Shown: positions 47,677-62,242 of the stretch, piece by piece | Position numbering within the stretch: position 1 is the first letter of the stretch | Layout of the letters: every line of letters begins with the position of its first letter | Source of the DNA: Lingula anatina | Taxonomy: Eukaryota > Animalia > Brachiopoda | NCBI GenBank assembly: GCA_051362555.1 | Contig: CM120640.1 | Coordinates: 51,066,788-51,130,787, forward strand | Reading direction: 5' to 3' | DNA: 64,000 nucleotides | Program-made: the position numbers and the translations under genes | The notes under the pieces: generated by a model | Told to the model about the DNA's origin: nothing | The model's database searches: none | Seen by the model: only the letters and a program-made list of their open reading frames with translations

Positions 47677-49910
47677 TTTGCTAGAAATCTTTAGGTGTTA
47701 CTAACGTGGCTTCACTACATTTATTTGAATAAAGACTCTTGAATGTCTGCATGTCTTTAAGTAGCTAAACAATTTAATTAAAGAAGTAAGAGATTATATT
47801 TAATCTTAGCGGATATGGGTTAGGCAATATGCTTTCTATTTTAAACTACAAATTCTTGCGTTAGGTAGACCTTTCACTGCTTTGTACACAAAACGTGCCT
47901 TTTACATGGAAACTATCTCTATATATCTGACGCAAACATAGATTATCTCCCTGTTTAGCTGCAACATATTTCATAACACAGATAGTGTTGAATTTTTTCT
48001 GACGAAAGGTCAGTGCTTTCATTTTGAATCTTTACCCACGATCGGATAAAAAATAAATAGATATATAGAAAATTTTTAGAAAGGGAGAACAAAGCTTTTA
48101 CGTTTAAGACCAAACATTTAAATATACCTTCACCCGAAAAAAAGTACATAGAAATCCTCTAAATTGTTATATCAAGAGAAAGAATTAGCCGTCTCCGATG
48201 ATATGCTGTATACCTTACTTCGATTGACTGCAAGGGACTTGTCTTCTATTAAATCAATAATAAGAATATAATAAAATTATTTAGAGTCTAAAATCCCTAA
48301 AAATTTATTCTGTAGACATTACAACTAAAATACAAGGTTGAAAGGATCATTTTAGATTTAAAAGTAATTGTATTAAAAGTAAAGAGAACATGGAACAAGG
48401 GGTTACATTAATCAACTCTTGAAGTCACATGGGCATGGATGACCGTGGCAGTGGTAGTGTCGGTTAGTTGTTTTTAACATGATACATGCAGGTTTATTTA
48501 ACATTGGCTATCTGCTTATCCATGGTTAAGGTAATTGATTAAACAAAGTATTGGTATTGAAGTCAAGATCAACTTTTAGTCTAAAGTTCGTTTGTAAAAC
48601 CGGCCCTTGTAATTTTTTTTTTTATAAAGTGTATATTTATTTACATTTTTTATCCTTAATATGAAGACAATTCTCAATCCTTTAAAAACTAAGCTTTATA
48701 GCAAGTTCTAGCAAATGATAAGCCGTTTGCGCTGTAATGTAACCAAATAAAACTGCAGTCTTGTATAAGAAAACGATGTCTTTTCTACATACATTGCTCA
48801 TTTTATTTTCTGAAAAAGACAGTGACGGATTTATTCTTAGAATAAAGTTCACTTAAATAGTATATAAGTTTGCGGTGTCTTTATTTCTTAACAGTAGTAT
48901 CAGATGGGAGAAATATATTTCTATTCCTATAGTACTGTTCGTAATACGGTGTAGTTCAACGTCCCTTTACAGACTTTTGACATGCTTTTGGCCTGCCCCC
49001 TCCCAATTGACGGCTACACCCAAGCAGTCATACAGCTCAATTATAATATTGTTGAACGAACTTCCGAGGTTGACAAAAAAGATAAGTCATATTTTGTTTG
49101 CTTGGGCGTTTCCTCACGGTTTTGCTACCAGCGTATAATTTTGTGGCTGGCGGGCCAGCCTTCCCACATACCTAAAATCACCTAACGCCATTGTTTGGTA
49201 ACAGTAGGTGTATTTGGGGTGTGTGTTGCTTATGAGGCCGGAACAAAATAAAAGGCTTTTCATTGAAAATGGGGAAAATTGCAAAAAAACAACCTCAGGG
49301 GTGTCCCATCCGACACATTAAGGCATATCTAAGATGATTCGAATAAAAGAAAACCCACGGGTTATTGTAAGAGCTTGAAAGCTTTTGTTGAAAAAAAAAA
49401 TGACTCGAACCTATTATTGGGCCTAAAGGGAGAAAAATGCAACCACTGGGTCGTCTACAGAGGCTCAGAGGTCTAGAAAACCAATGGGGTCAGGTGTCAG
49501 CACTCGAGTAATAAAAAACTTTGAAAGAGAGGGTGATTCAGATAATTTCCTCCTTCCTGTGGTAAGAACATCAGAACACTTGTTAAAACTGTTGTACAAT
49601 GTACGTGCGTTCAGAACAGGTTTAACAGGAAAATGGAACTGACGTTAATGTGCCTTAAAATCTGCCTTTCTGTTACAATCTGCCTTTCTATTACAAATAA
49701 TATAAGCACCTATAAGTATCTAATATGTGTAAAACATTACATTATCGCTGATCCCTGGTAACTGTTGAATTAAAATCATAGATATTTGAACAATTTGTAA
49801 TGAGAACAGTCACTTGGGAGGGTTTTTTTAATGGGCACGATGAACACGTGTTCCTTTTCTATTACATGTCAAAAGGCTTTAGGGAGCGTAAAATGTAACC
49901 GTTTGCGTCA

Positions 49911-52545
49911 TAGTCCGGTGGCTTAAGGAAAAAATCGTGACACGGCGGATAAAAGCAGTAAATTTTGCATGTGGGTACCTTTTGACATACTAAATCAAAT
50001 TAGAGCCGTAGCCCACGGAAAAAAATTACCGTTTGGCCAAAAAATCCAAAATGGCCGCCAATTTATGGAATTCTATAGAAATGTGTACTTATCTATGTTG
50101 ATTTTTATCAAATAAATTATTTTCTCAGAGTTTTCCACACCCTTATTACCCATGTTATTCATATATGTCAGATAGCAAACAAGTTCCCTTGGACTTTTTA
50201 AAAAAATCCAAGATGGCTGTTATATGCCATAGAAACAGCCATAGGAATACTAGTGCACAACTAATGCCAGCTAGAAAGATACGTTGTCCACTATCAAATT
50301 AAGTCTGTTTCTCAGATTTTTGTTACCAGCATAATATGTTTGTGGTGAGCAACTAAGAAGTGTTCTTGGGCATTTCGGAAAATCCGAGATGGCTGCCATG
50401 TGCCACAGGAATTCTAGTATACGGGGGATTCAACTAATGGCAACTGGAAAGATTAATTTTCCACTATCAAATTAAGTTTGTTTCTGGGTGTTTTCCACAT
50501 CCTTTCCACCCACACAATATGTATGTGGTGAGTGACTAACATGTATTCCTGGGCATTTTGAGAAAATCCAAGATGGCCGCCATATGTCATAGGAATACTT
50601 CTAGTGTTACAAAGGGTTGGAACTAATGCCAGCTAATTCACTACAAATTCAGTTTATTTATATTTTAGTGTTTTACACATAATTATTACACTGTGATACA
50701 TATCTAGCAGGTGATAAATGTGCACATTTGATCATTTTGAGAAAATCCAAGATGGCCGTCATTGGCCATAGGAATATTACTGGAATTGCAACTGCACATC
50801 CATGGCTTTTCATCTACTACCAGGGTGAAATTGTGTTTGCTTATCAAGTTTTGCCCATCCTTATTAGTCCTATGATATATATCTGGTGGGTAAATAGTGT
50901 ACATCCTTGGATATTCTGATAAATGCTGCTAGGGAGGCATATGGTTTATTATACATTTACATTACCATGGGTTTGTTTTAAAAATAATTTATGTTTTTCA
51001 TTCCATTTATTATTACTCCTATGATGTATACCTGGTCTGTAGCCTGTGTGTATCTTTGGGTATTCTGGAAAAAATTCAAGATGTCTGCCTTTTGTCATTA
51101 GAATATATATAACACATAATCAAATAATGCCAGAGATACAAAGAGTACAATTTAAATGCAGTTAACTTGAGATCATTTTTAAATGTTTTTCATATCCTAT
51201 TTATCCTCATGAAAGACTCCCTGTGTGTAGAAAGTGTATGTATCCTTGAACATTATTCGGAGAAAACCCAAGATAGCTGCCAGTTGTCATAGGAATATAT
51301 CATTCAAATGCAAATAGGTGTCAATTAATGGAACAGTTCAGGCATTGATTCCAACATGAAATAAAGCCGTTTGATGTTCAAACATGTTGACATCCTTATT
51401 AACCTTACTCTATATAAGTCTGGTGTGTAGCAAGTGTGCATCTTGCGCATTTGAGAAAATTCAAGATTGCTGCAATTCACAATAGGAATAGTACATTCAA
51501 CTACTGCCAGAGAGACATTGGGTTAAACGTAAAATTAATTTTGTTTCTCGGTATTTCCCACATTCTTTTTGGACTTTGAGATATCTATCCGGTGGGTAAC
51601 AAGTGTATACCCTTAAGTATTTTGACAAAATATCATGATTACCCTCATTTGCCTTAGAAGTGCCTATAAAATCTAATGCACCAGTTTTCCTATGGGGAAA
51701 AGAAGGCCATCTTGGATTTCCCCAAAATGATAAAATATGGACATTAATTACCTAACAGATATGTATCATGGGATAATAATACTAAAAAAAACAGAATAAC
51801 AACTGAATTCAGCTTCATTTTATATGTAAAGCTATCTTCTGCAGGTATTAACTGAACCCCACCTTCTATGGCTAATGGCAGCCATTTTGTTTTGTTTTCT
51901 TTTCAAAAAGGATACACATAACATTCTCATCAAATATATGTTATGTGAATTAAAAAGATGTGGAAAATACTCAGAAACAAACCTAATTTATCAATAAATA
52001 TTATATCTCCATGGCAGAAGAAGCCCTATGTGTATACTAGTATTCCTTTGATATGGCGGCCATATTGGATTTTTCTCGAAATGCCTGAGAATAAAGGTTA
52101 ATTACTCACCACAAATATATTATTTGTGTAATAAGAAACAATTAGATAGTGGGCAATGCATCTTCCTAGTTGGCATTAGTTAATTGAAAACCTGTGTACA
52201 AGATCTAGTATTCCTATGCCATATGGCGGCCATCTTGGATTTTTTCAAGAAGTCCAAGGACACTACTTTGTTACCTGACACATATAAATAATATGGGTAA
52301 TAAGGATGTGGAAAACATTGAGAAAATACTTAATTTGATAAAAATCAACATAGGTATGTATATATTTCTACAGAATTTCACAAATTGGCGGCCATTTTGG
52401 CTTTTTTGGCCAAACGGTAAATTTTTTCCGTGGGCTACGGCTCTAATTTGATTTAGTATGTCAAAAGGTACCCACATGCAAAATTTGGTGCTTTTATCCG
52501 CCGTGTCACGATTTGGCCATTTTTTTGCCCTAAGCAACCGGACTA
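49911..52545. mobile_element. 2.6-kb non-autonomous foldback DNA transposon (Academ-like) with long TIRs and internal ~170-190 bp repeats
   Basis: Ends TAGTCCGGT(G/T)GCTTA...TAAGCAACCGGACTA are flanked by a TCA direct repeat. Over 300 bp of terminal sequence is an inverted match. A recurring AAAATCCAAGATGGC(C/T)GCC motif reverses orientation near 51650-51700. No ORF. Confidence 0.88.
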
Positions 52546-52683
52546 TCACAGAGTTTAAGAGATATAAAAAATCAGTGCTGCCATGTGTCATCACAGGGTC
52601 AGGTTAGACATAAAAAGCCCTCTTCATAATTTGCATTAATTTTTGCGGAAATAATTTGTTTTTACTTGGGTTTATGACAAATT

Positions 52684-52686
<3 letters not shown>

Positions 52687-52716
<30 letters not shown>
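52687..52716. repeat. (TG)n microsatellite
   Basis: Read directly from the sequence. Confidence 0.95.
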
Positions 52717-52719
<3 letters not shown>

Positions 52720-55516
52720 GTATAACTAATACCATATTTAGATCGTGATTGTCTCTGCTTGGAGAAATATTTTTGTCTCCCATTGTTTGCAGGGAATCGT
52801 TCTGGCTTTGCAAGGTTCAAAAGATTTTGATTAAGTCTCTCAAGCAATCTCTCTTGATCTTCATTACTGTTCACTCTTCAAGTCCTGTAACCAGTATCCA
52901 TCGTGAGAGGGTATCATTATGGCGAACAAAGTCTCACAAGTCTCACATTCTCCAGTGGGTGTCACAGGTTGTACATGTAATAAACTCCCAAATCACTCGG
53001 GTTGTCGTAACTTTTGAATAAAAATTTACTTTTAAGCATTTAAGACAGCTTGAGGCTAGTGCAAGCGCGAAAATGCCGAGAATGACCGAGGCTTGAGAGA
53101 GGTAAAAAAATTCGTGATCACCGTGGTTGTGGACTGGTGACAGCCCGGTGTAAACGAGGCAGCAACAGTCAATTGACTGAAAGAAAGCACAGGTGAACGG
53201 CAAATATTAGTGAAGATATCATCTGAAGGCGAACACCGACCTCCATCAGAAACCTATTAGCTATATGTCCGGAGAGATTCCCCTCGTAATAGGTGACCTT
53301 TTCGTAACCTGTTGCTTGTCATAAACATTAATAACAATGAATGTCCATCATAATGGAGTCTAACGTGCTCTAGGCCCCCACAGGTACAGGTATCATTAGT
53401 ATAATGGGGCAAGTGTCAATGCGCGTGCACTATCAATCAATTTAAGTACTATGATGTGTGCTGTATGGGCTGTTGGAAAAGCATTTTGGTCAGATTGCAA
53501 ACCTTTAAAACCACTGCACTTACTGTCTTTTAACTCTGACGGCGTATCAATTCAGAAATGAACCCCCCTTACCCTCCCGAAAAGACATAAAGGAGGTTGA
53601 CCCCCCCTCCTTTCTAAAATGAGAGCAAATACACCAACTAGAATCAATTGAAGCATGTGTTGTGATCATCAAACAATCAAAATATTAAAAAAAACAAAAA
53701 ACTGCTCCTCAAAGATTTCTAGGTTTTTGGGATAGCTGCAAGAGCGAGTGTTACCTCTTGGTGGTGGTGGTGGGGGGGGGGGGGGGGGGGGGACCTACAC
53801 TGGTTCCTGGATCTCCCCGAAGTCGATATATTTTGCATCGTTTTTTAGATGGTATTAAATGATACGTGGATAAGAAATTTGGTAATATGTATGATGTATC
53901 TGATGTACGTGACGTGATGTACGCTATTTGCCCCGGTAGGTTTTTCCATTTGTTATCTGAAATTGCTATTTCAGTTATTACCAAAATAAGATGTGTAACT
54001 ATATAAGAGTTTTGTCTTTCTGCATTGTGTAAATGTGCTAAACTATTGAACTCAATAAAGTAGAACATGTGGTAGCAATTGTTTATCACTAATAATATAA
54101 AATTAAGTCAATTAAAATCATTACAATCCAAAGTGAAGAAATAAGTGAGGATATAATGGGGGTGGTGGGATATTAATTTTATAATTATTCCATTAATATT
54201 CATGTTTCAATTGTTATATATATATATATATATATAATAAAGATTCTGATAAAGTCGCATGCCGCATTGTTATACCCGGGTAGTGAGAGCCGACAACTTG
54301 CAGTTTTATACGTTTATTCTCTTCATACAAATACAAGGGTTTTTTATACAATAATCTCTTCGTACTGATCAACTTTGTGTGACCTAAAAATCTTCCATTC
54401 TACTTTGTCGATTGAATATTCAATATATCTCCTTGGGCACTAGTTCACATCTTCTAATACTAAATGTCCAAAAATATAATTTCTGTTTCGTCACATTTGA
54501 AAAGCTCACAAAGTCCAGCTTGCAGCTGTTATCATTGACATGGAAAATAAATCTTTGATTTAAAATCAACTTATTAACAAGAACCCAGGGGACGATGTCA
54601 TTTTCCCATCATGCCTAAAACAAATTTCGTACTGGTATGACTCCTAACACTGTTTGACTCCTTAATTGCACTGACAGTTACATGTAATAACTTTATAAGT
54701 TTTATCTTATTGATTTTCCTGTTAATTTGGGATTAATGAAACCGTAACCTTAGACAACAGTAAATGTAGCGCACAGATTTTACATAGATAGGCCTATTAT
54801 AGCATATAAAAATGAAGCCTCGAAATGAAGGTCTTTTGTCACATAGATGAAGCATAATATAATTATATGTTTCATTATTTATGCCCGCCAACTATTGTAT
54901 ATAATATGTAGGGGTTTATACACGTTTCATGCCATTCATATTTTAAGCATTATGTCAAAAAACCAGTTTGTAAGATGATAACATGAACTGTCACGGCAGC
55001 AGCATCATATACATGATTGTAATCAATTCATGAAGATTTTATCCCAGATTGATGAAACATATGTCATTGACAAATGATATGAATTTTTACTAATGAATGT
55101 ATTTTCCCTCATTTTTCGAATCATGAACACATATGCCTCTGTTTTAATATCACAACACCGCATGTTCCTTTTTAGTGGCAACAATATATGTTTTTCATAT
55201 GTAAATAACAAAGCCCCCGGCCTACACTTTCCACTCTAGTGGGTGCTCTTTTAAGGGGCGGGGAAACACATTTAAAAGAATTGAGATTTGTGTTGGCTGC
55301 TTGTAGTTGTTATAAGGTGTGGTTTCGGAGGGAACGGAATACTGAGTTGTAGGGTGGCGATTTTCCGTACGGGCTCCCTAGCAGCAGGTAAGACTCTTTT
55401 TGAGTTTTTCGTACTGCAGAAAAATAAACATTTATAAAAATGTAACTTTTAAAATTTGACGGATGGTGCGGTGAAAAGAACGTGCTTCTTTTGATAATCA
55501 GAGTTGCATGTAGCAT

Positions 55517-55518
<2 letters not shown>

Positions 55519-55576
<58 letters not shown>
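55519..55576. repeat. (TA)n microsatellite
   Basis: Read directly from the sequence. Confidence 0.95.
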
Positions 55577-55578
<2 letters not shown>

Positions 55579-57881
55579 TTTGTTGTGTGAAGTGTGAAAA
55601 ATGGACACTTGGGCAAAGTCAACGAGAGTTTTATTTTACCGTGCGCTTGAGGTAAAACATAACGCAGAAAAGTGACAAGCCACACTTTTTCTTAAACACG
55701 TTTTTATCACAGATAAAGCTATCTATTTAAATCATTAGTAAAGAGAAGTTTATCGCAAGACGTAACTTTGATATTCACTTAAAATTCGAACTTTAGTCTA
55801 TCGTCATAAGATCAATAATAATTGGCCAAAGAAATAAACAGTAATAGATCTTACAAACCTCTTTAAGGAAATGAAACAAATGAAGAAATTTGCTATCGGC
55901 TTATGTATTTCTCGAACTATCAGTTTCAACTGTGTCTAAACCGATACGGGCGTGTCAGTTTCTTACTTCATTTTGAAGTAAACTCGTCAAAATTGAGTTG
56001 TTAACCTGTTTTTGGCACCGTGACAGAGACACGATAGCGCGTCGTCAAGGTAACCATAGCCCTTAGTAACGATTAACCATACGGTTTTAATGGAGAGCGC
56101 CCTGATGATCGTGTTCACTGTGTTTAACAATGCTCTCAAAAACTGTTTTATTTCCTTGGATTATTCTACATCCACGGAGATGTAGCTTTAACTGATTGTC
56201 AGGTATTCTCTACGAGGTTAATTCATCATGCCACAGGATGTGGGGCCTTACAAAATTTAAAAAGAATTATGGGCAAATTTTTATCTTGTGGAATAAGACA
56301 TTTTTTCTTGATATTGGGCGTGAGTGTGAATGTGCCCTGAGGCAACCAATGGTCACGTTTAAAATGTTTGACCGGGCAGAGTTAGGTTAAGGGGTTCAAA
56401 TCGTCCAGTCGCTCATTAATGATTGTTTTTTTTTTTTTTTTGGAAATTTTAACAGTAATGCACTGTATGGTGGAAAACACTGATAGATAAACATCATTGA
56501 TCACCTATCTCCCGGCGCATAAATACATTATAGCAATAAATGATGGCGGTTTAAATCGTCGGGAAACCATTTAACAGATAACGTTATCATATTAAAAGAT
56601 TATTAGAGAAGACACGACAGCTATTAAGTTTACAGAAAAGTTACTAAGTTTTTATTTTATCAAGTTTTTGATTTTGATCAAGTTATATATTACAGAGGAT
56701 AACTTACTCAACATAAGACGAATAGATTAAACAAAATTGGTAAATAGTTTCTCTTCTGTATTGTTCAACGTAAAGCATTCTATCAAGTTGTTTTATTTTT
56801 CTATAAAAAGTTGAACTAAAAACTAGCGAAAGAAACAGTCTAGTGGGGAAAGTAATCCGCCATGTATAACGATTATCGCGGAACAATACAAATGTTGGCA
56901 AGAGTAAGGGTATGAAGTGAATTGTAAACAAAACCTGTTCAAATTGACAACCTTTTCTTGACATTTATATTAATGCAGCAGTATGGAACATAAACGAACC
57001 CAAAAAATGAACAGACTTGCTACACTTTTACTGAACCATAAAACTAGTTGAACTGCAGCCCCACCGTGTGTCTGCGTGCCCATTTTACCTAATGTGAACT
57101 CTATTATGTTGTCGGGAGGGAATGACGCATGGGAGCAACCGGGTGCCGGCCTAGGGCGTGTCAAAATAGTTGTTAAGCTGGTTTAGCGAGCGTCGTCATC
57201 TTAGACGTGGCTGGCCAGGTGACTTTACGTGCAAACTTGACTGAAATGATTACCCCCCTACTGATAGATAATTGCAAAATATTTGGAACTACTTCAAGGG
57301 AGAGCTAATTGGCTCATGTGTATAAATCTGATATCGGAGATAACACGAGGATTTTGTTCACTGAAATCCCAGGTTAAAGAAAAATCAAAACACAGAAAGC
57401 GTAAATTATATCATCTACGTCCCTTTATCTATTTAGGTATTTCTTATTTTTCTTTCCCAAAAAACATGATAAAACATTCTCAAATGAGTCACTGCGTTCT
57501 TCTGTAATTTATACAACAATGTTAAAGTAATTATAACCTTGGAAGAAGCCTAAAAATGAAGTCCTGGAGCGATAATAAAAGTCTTCCCTCTAAATACCTT
57601 TCATCATTTACTACCGTTACTCACATATCTTGACAAAAAAACTCTTTGCACCAGGGTCTAGGACTTATTTTTCACCTCCCTCCCCCGAAGAAAAACCAAA
57701 GAGCATTTGAAAATATTGTCTAAAGTTACTTTTTTTTTCAGAGCAATTTTTTACTAGGGCGTGACCCATTCATATTCAGCTAGTGAGTAGTGGAAAAGCA
57801 TCCCACTCCAGGCGCACATTCCTCCTCACTGGGGCATGCTGGATTGAGGGCCCCGACTGGAAATTTACAGAAAGCTGATTG

Positions 57882-60800
57882 ATGGCGATAATGGATGCAA
57901 GGGCGCTGAGGGTAAGTTTTTGGAGGCTTCTTGTTATACCGTAGTAAATTTTGTCACGTTAAACACTAAGGGTTTTGCTAGGTAATGTTTTTTATTCTGT
58001 CAAGACCACGCCCTTGATTCTTCCCGCTCATTTCTTTGATCAGTTATATTGCTACTAGGATAGCATACACAGGTTTGTTATTTCACAGATAATGCTCACG
58101 GTTAAGACAGATTAGGTCAATATTGTGTAAAAACTAGTTATTATCAACAGAAGCGACGGGTGTATGCAGTCTGGGTTGGTCATAAATCACCTTTTATGTC
58201 CAAAGCTCATGACTACTGGTTTATTTACTTTACTTCACTTAAGGCATAATCCGTACTTTTCTCTATGTACCGTTCATTGTTTGAAGACATCAACCATAGT
58301 GTTCATATAACAGGACCTTCAGAGGCTAAATATATTATAAAATTTAATAGATGGACTAATTTTTCTTAGCCTAAATCTATCTTTTTCCTACGATAAACGC
58401 TGGTCACAGAAGGCGTTTTTATTCCTTCTAACTGTCATGAGACACCACTGCCATTGTGTTGGTAGTGTGTGGGGTAACAAAGAATATTCTGAGACGCAAC
58501 TTTTGTAATAAAACACACTGGCATCATCGTAATTTAATATGTTAGAATAATACATTTGACTATTCAACATCGTCCCTCTGTAATGGTTTGGAAATTACGT
58601 CTTTGATTGAACACTATCGTTTACTTGATACAGATTCAAAGGGAATAGATTTTTAAGTGGTTGTAAAACTAACAACAATATTGTTAAGCTAGGGCAAACG
58701 TAAAATTTAAGTTTTCCCAGCATCTAATAATCACACCCTCTTCCCTGACTCTACCTGAGCGGGATTCCATCATACTGTGATTAAGGTTTTCTCATAAAGA
58801 AAGTAGACACTTATGTATGTCACCGTGAGATAAAGACGAACAACACATGTACTTTGCTTTGAAATGCAGCCTTTCCCTTTAAGTTTTACTATAAAGGCAT
58901 TTTTAAGAACGCGGTTGCAACATCATCAGCTCTCTAGTATTGGCTTAATGTGGGCATTGTCATGTGAGAACTGCCCAGTTAATTCCAAAGAAACCTAAGT
59001 AGAAGAAGGCGTTACGATTGTCGACTCCTCTTTTTTGTATGTAACTTTTTTGCTTTTTTGAAGTATCATTTTTGCCCCACAGTTTTTTCTACTTTAAGAT
59101 TGCTGTTAAGTATGTCCGCTATGGACACCCTTGGCCTTAATTTATGGTCCCACACCTGATGGCATTTCTGTCTGTAGTAAGATCGATGCAGTTTTATATG
59201 ACAACGCAGGTGATAAGATATCTATTTTATACTCTTTCCACAACTGGTGATTCTATTCAGTCAGTGATCCGATTTAAGTTATGTCTTCATGCCTTGAAAA
59301 GTACAATGAAATAAAGCAGTCCTTTTTTTATTCTATGATGGCATATTTAAGCTGCTTATTTAAAGTTGACCTCCATCTCGGACAATCCATGTGTGTTTGA
59401 AATTGCACTAATGTAAAGACTAGGACATTGTTCAAACATGAAATAATTATATAAACAACGAAAGCTTCTTTGACAGCTACCGTGCACTATGACTTAAGAA
59501 GTGGCGTTGTTTTTGTGAAAGATATTGCAAATATCAACATTACACTCCTGTTCATCCGACCATATTTGATTTCATTTTAAAATACCAATTTCCTTCAGGT
59601 AATTTCATGACACATATTGAGTTTTCAAAGTTAAAAAACTTAAACTTACGTACCGTCCGTCGAGCTGACCAACATAATAGATGCCTTAAATCACTCATAG
59701 AATAAGCATGGCATCTTTGATGTGAACGCCTCCTTCCCAATCCCATAATTAGGCTATACACGTGTAAACCATATAATAGAATAGTTTGATAAACATAACT
59801 GTTAAAGCAATTAGTATCATATATCATATGGATTATATTTATCATTTGATTCAAGAACTGGAACAGTTAAAATGTGCCGTTTCTATGAAATGATTCCAAG
59901 ATCACATTTTACGGCCTTTTAAGCATTCAGCTTCTCTACACTTTTTTATAATCTGAGACAGGATTTCCAGTCTCTCATATAACCCAGAAACAACCAGCTA
60001 TTTGTGACAGTAAGAGGTATTGGAGGGCCGTTTTAAGCGGTATATCACGTATAAACTATTGCCATGCTATCAAAGGCAACGCTTGCAAAGACAACATTAC
60101 CCTGGCACACATACCATAGCCTCAAGATTGGACGCAAATTTTCTGCACGCATAATTTACCAAACCCACATGTGTTATCAGCAATTAGATCCGTCAAATTG
60201 ACTAGACGCTATGCCTGGAAAGAGACTTTCATAGTGACTTTTAGTCCCTCGGTAACCTATATTTGTTTTGACACCATGCAGGGATAATACAATATACGTA
60301 CATAAATGGGTCTGATGGGTTCATTTCAAGGTGGTCGTCCTCAAATGTAATGTTCAGCGCTAGAGGGCGTAGACGTCGACGAAAGGAGCAAAAAATGAAC
60401 GTTTCAGTTAGCCACCTTTTTGTACTTTCAGTTGACAATTACTAAAAAAACCACAAAGTTCGACATTTTTAAGGGGGGTGTACTATAACAGGTTCCTAAC
60501 TTTTGGGAAAATGAAGAACAACGTGACATTTTGCAGACGGCGGTGCCATGTAATTCTCATTATAATACGGAACAGAACAAATACGTACAGAAACAAACCC
60601 AATTTAGGAAAAGATGTCAATGGGATCAGTTTTGTATAAACTTTCATTTCACTCAGACAAAGACAAATAAATTCAACAAATTTTACTGTTGTCGCTATTT
60701 CGGTTCATGAGTAATGTAGATGAATCTATGTACGAGTCGTTTTGTTTTGACATCTTTCACCACTTTCAAACTTTTCCACAATAACAGCATTTAATTCTTA

Positions 60801-62161
60801 TTACGATCTGATGAAAAGTATGTGTATCCATTTAAACAAGGAAACATCAAACTTCAATTTTGGTATACTGAACTTGTGTTTGTGTAAACCATTCTATTAC
60901 ATTTTATTATTTCACTAACCCGGTGTAAATTATATTGCACTTAACATCAGTGTATGCTCAGGCACCTTATGTTATTTCTTTGATATTTAAAACATGTTAT
61001 TCCAACATTCCAAACCGCCAACCTGTCTGCACCCATTTACTTATCACACCTACACGTAAGCAAACAATGGCAAGAGAGATTATAAAAGACAGCGTCACAT
61101 TAAGTAAAAGTAACTCATCGGATGCACTTACACCGCGTGGGGTTATGTTGAACAATACACCTTACCTTTGAACACTCCCATTAAAGAAAATAAAGTTGTC
61201 ACTTCAATAGTACATACAATTGCTCAATTTAATCAGTCCCCTCCCACTCTACCCCTCCAAGTCTTTTCAGTATATTTTGTACTAAGTACTAACCTATGAA
61301 CTAATCACTTAAGCCTCGGTCACAACCGGCCGTACGGGCTCTTACGGGCTGTTTGCGTCCTAATTTTGCGCAGAATCTCACGTTCAGCGCAAGTCCTTCT
61401 TACGCAATTTCGAGTTCGCAGACAGCCCGTAAGCACGTACGGAGGATGTTGGACATGTGCGTCCGGTTGTGACCGAGGCTTTAATTTTGATATGTAAAAT
61501 ACGTTCTACTCTTTTATAGAACCGTTACATTGTTAATGTTTTAATGATGACCGAATGCATTTCAATATATTGTACATACATAATGATGAAATATACTGTG
61601 TCTTTTAGAAATAAATTATTGTTTCTCAAATGAAGCAGCAGGGCTGTATGTCAGATAGTTGAAGACCGCTAACCAATTTTCAACTTGCAAAGGCGGTCCA
61701 TGATACAGATTTATTTTCATGACGAACAACAAAATTGCCAACAAACAAACAATTCATTCAAGTTATATGTGTAATATTTATAGAAATATAATCCATCAAA
61801 CAAATTTAAAACGACTCCATAAAACGCACAATGATTATATTCTTGACAGTTCACTGACAAATGTAGAATACTGTAGAATAATGTAGAATACTGAATAAAT
61901 TAATATTGTTAAAGGTAAATCTTAAACCGGGTTGCCTTGCATAAAATTTATGCACTTATGTAAAGCCCTAATGGCCTCCGCCGCATCGGAGGACCATTTC
62001 CAGACGTCGCGCAAAACTGTCGAACACCTGAGCACATTCCTCTCAGGGAATTTCCTCGATTTTTGCCGTGATTGCTGCCTTTCAGTTCACCAATTGTTTG
62101 AGGGTTGTTCTGGTACACATTAACCAGAGGGGATCACCCTGTATAACATTTGTAAAATAAT

Positions 62162-62242
<81 letters not shown>

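Noticed and set aside
50040-52400. Regularly spaced repeats resembling a CRISPR array
   Set aside because: The context is eukaryotic, the units are long and degenerate with homologous spacers, and they lie inside transposon TIRs with no cas genes.
52662-53400. Coding-like minus-strand ORF fragments
   Set aside because: They are interrupted by stops and I could not assign a family.
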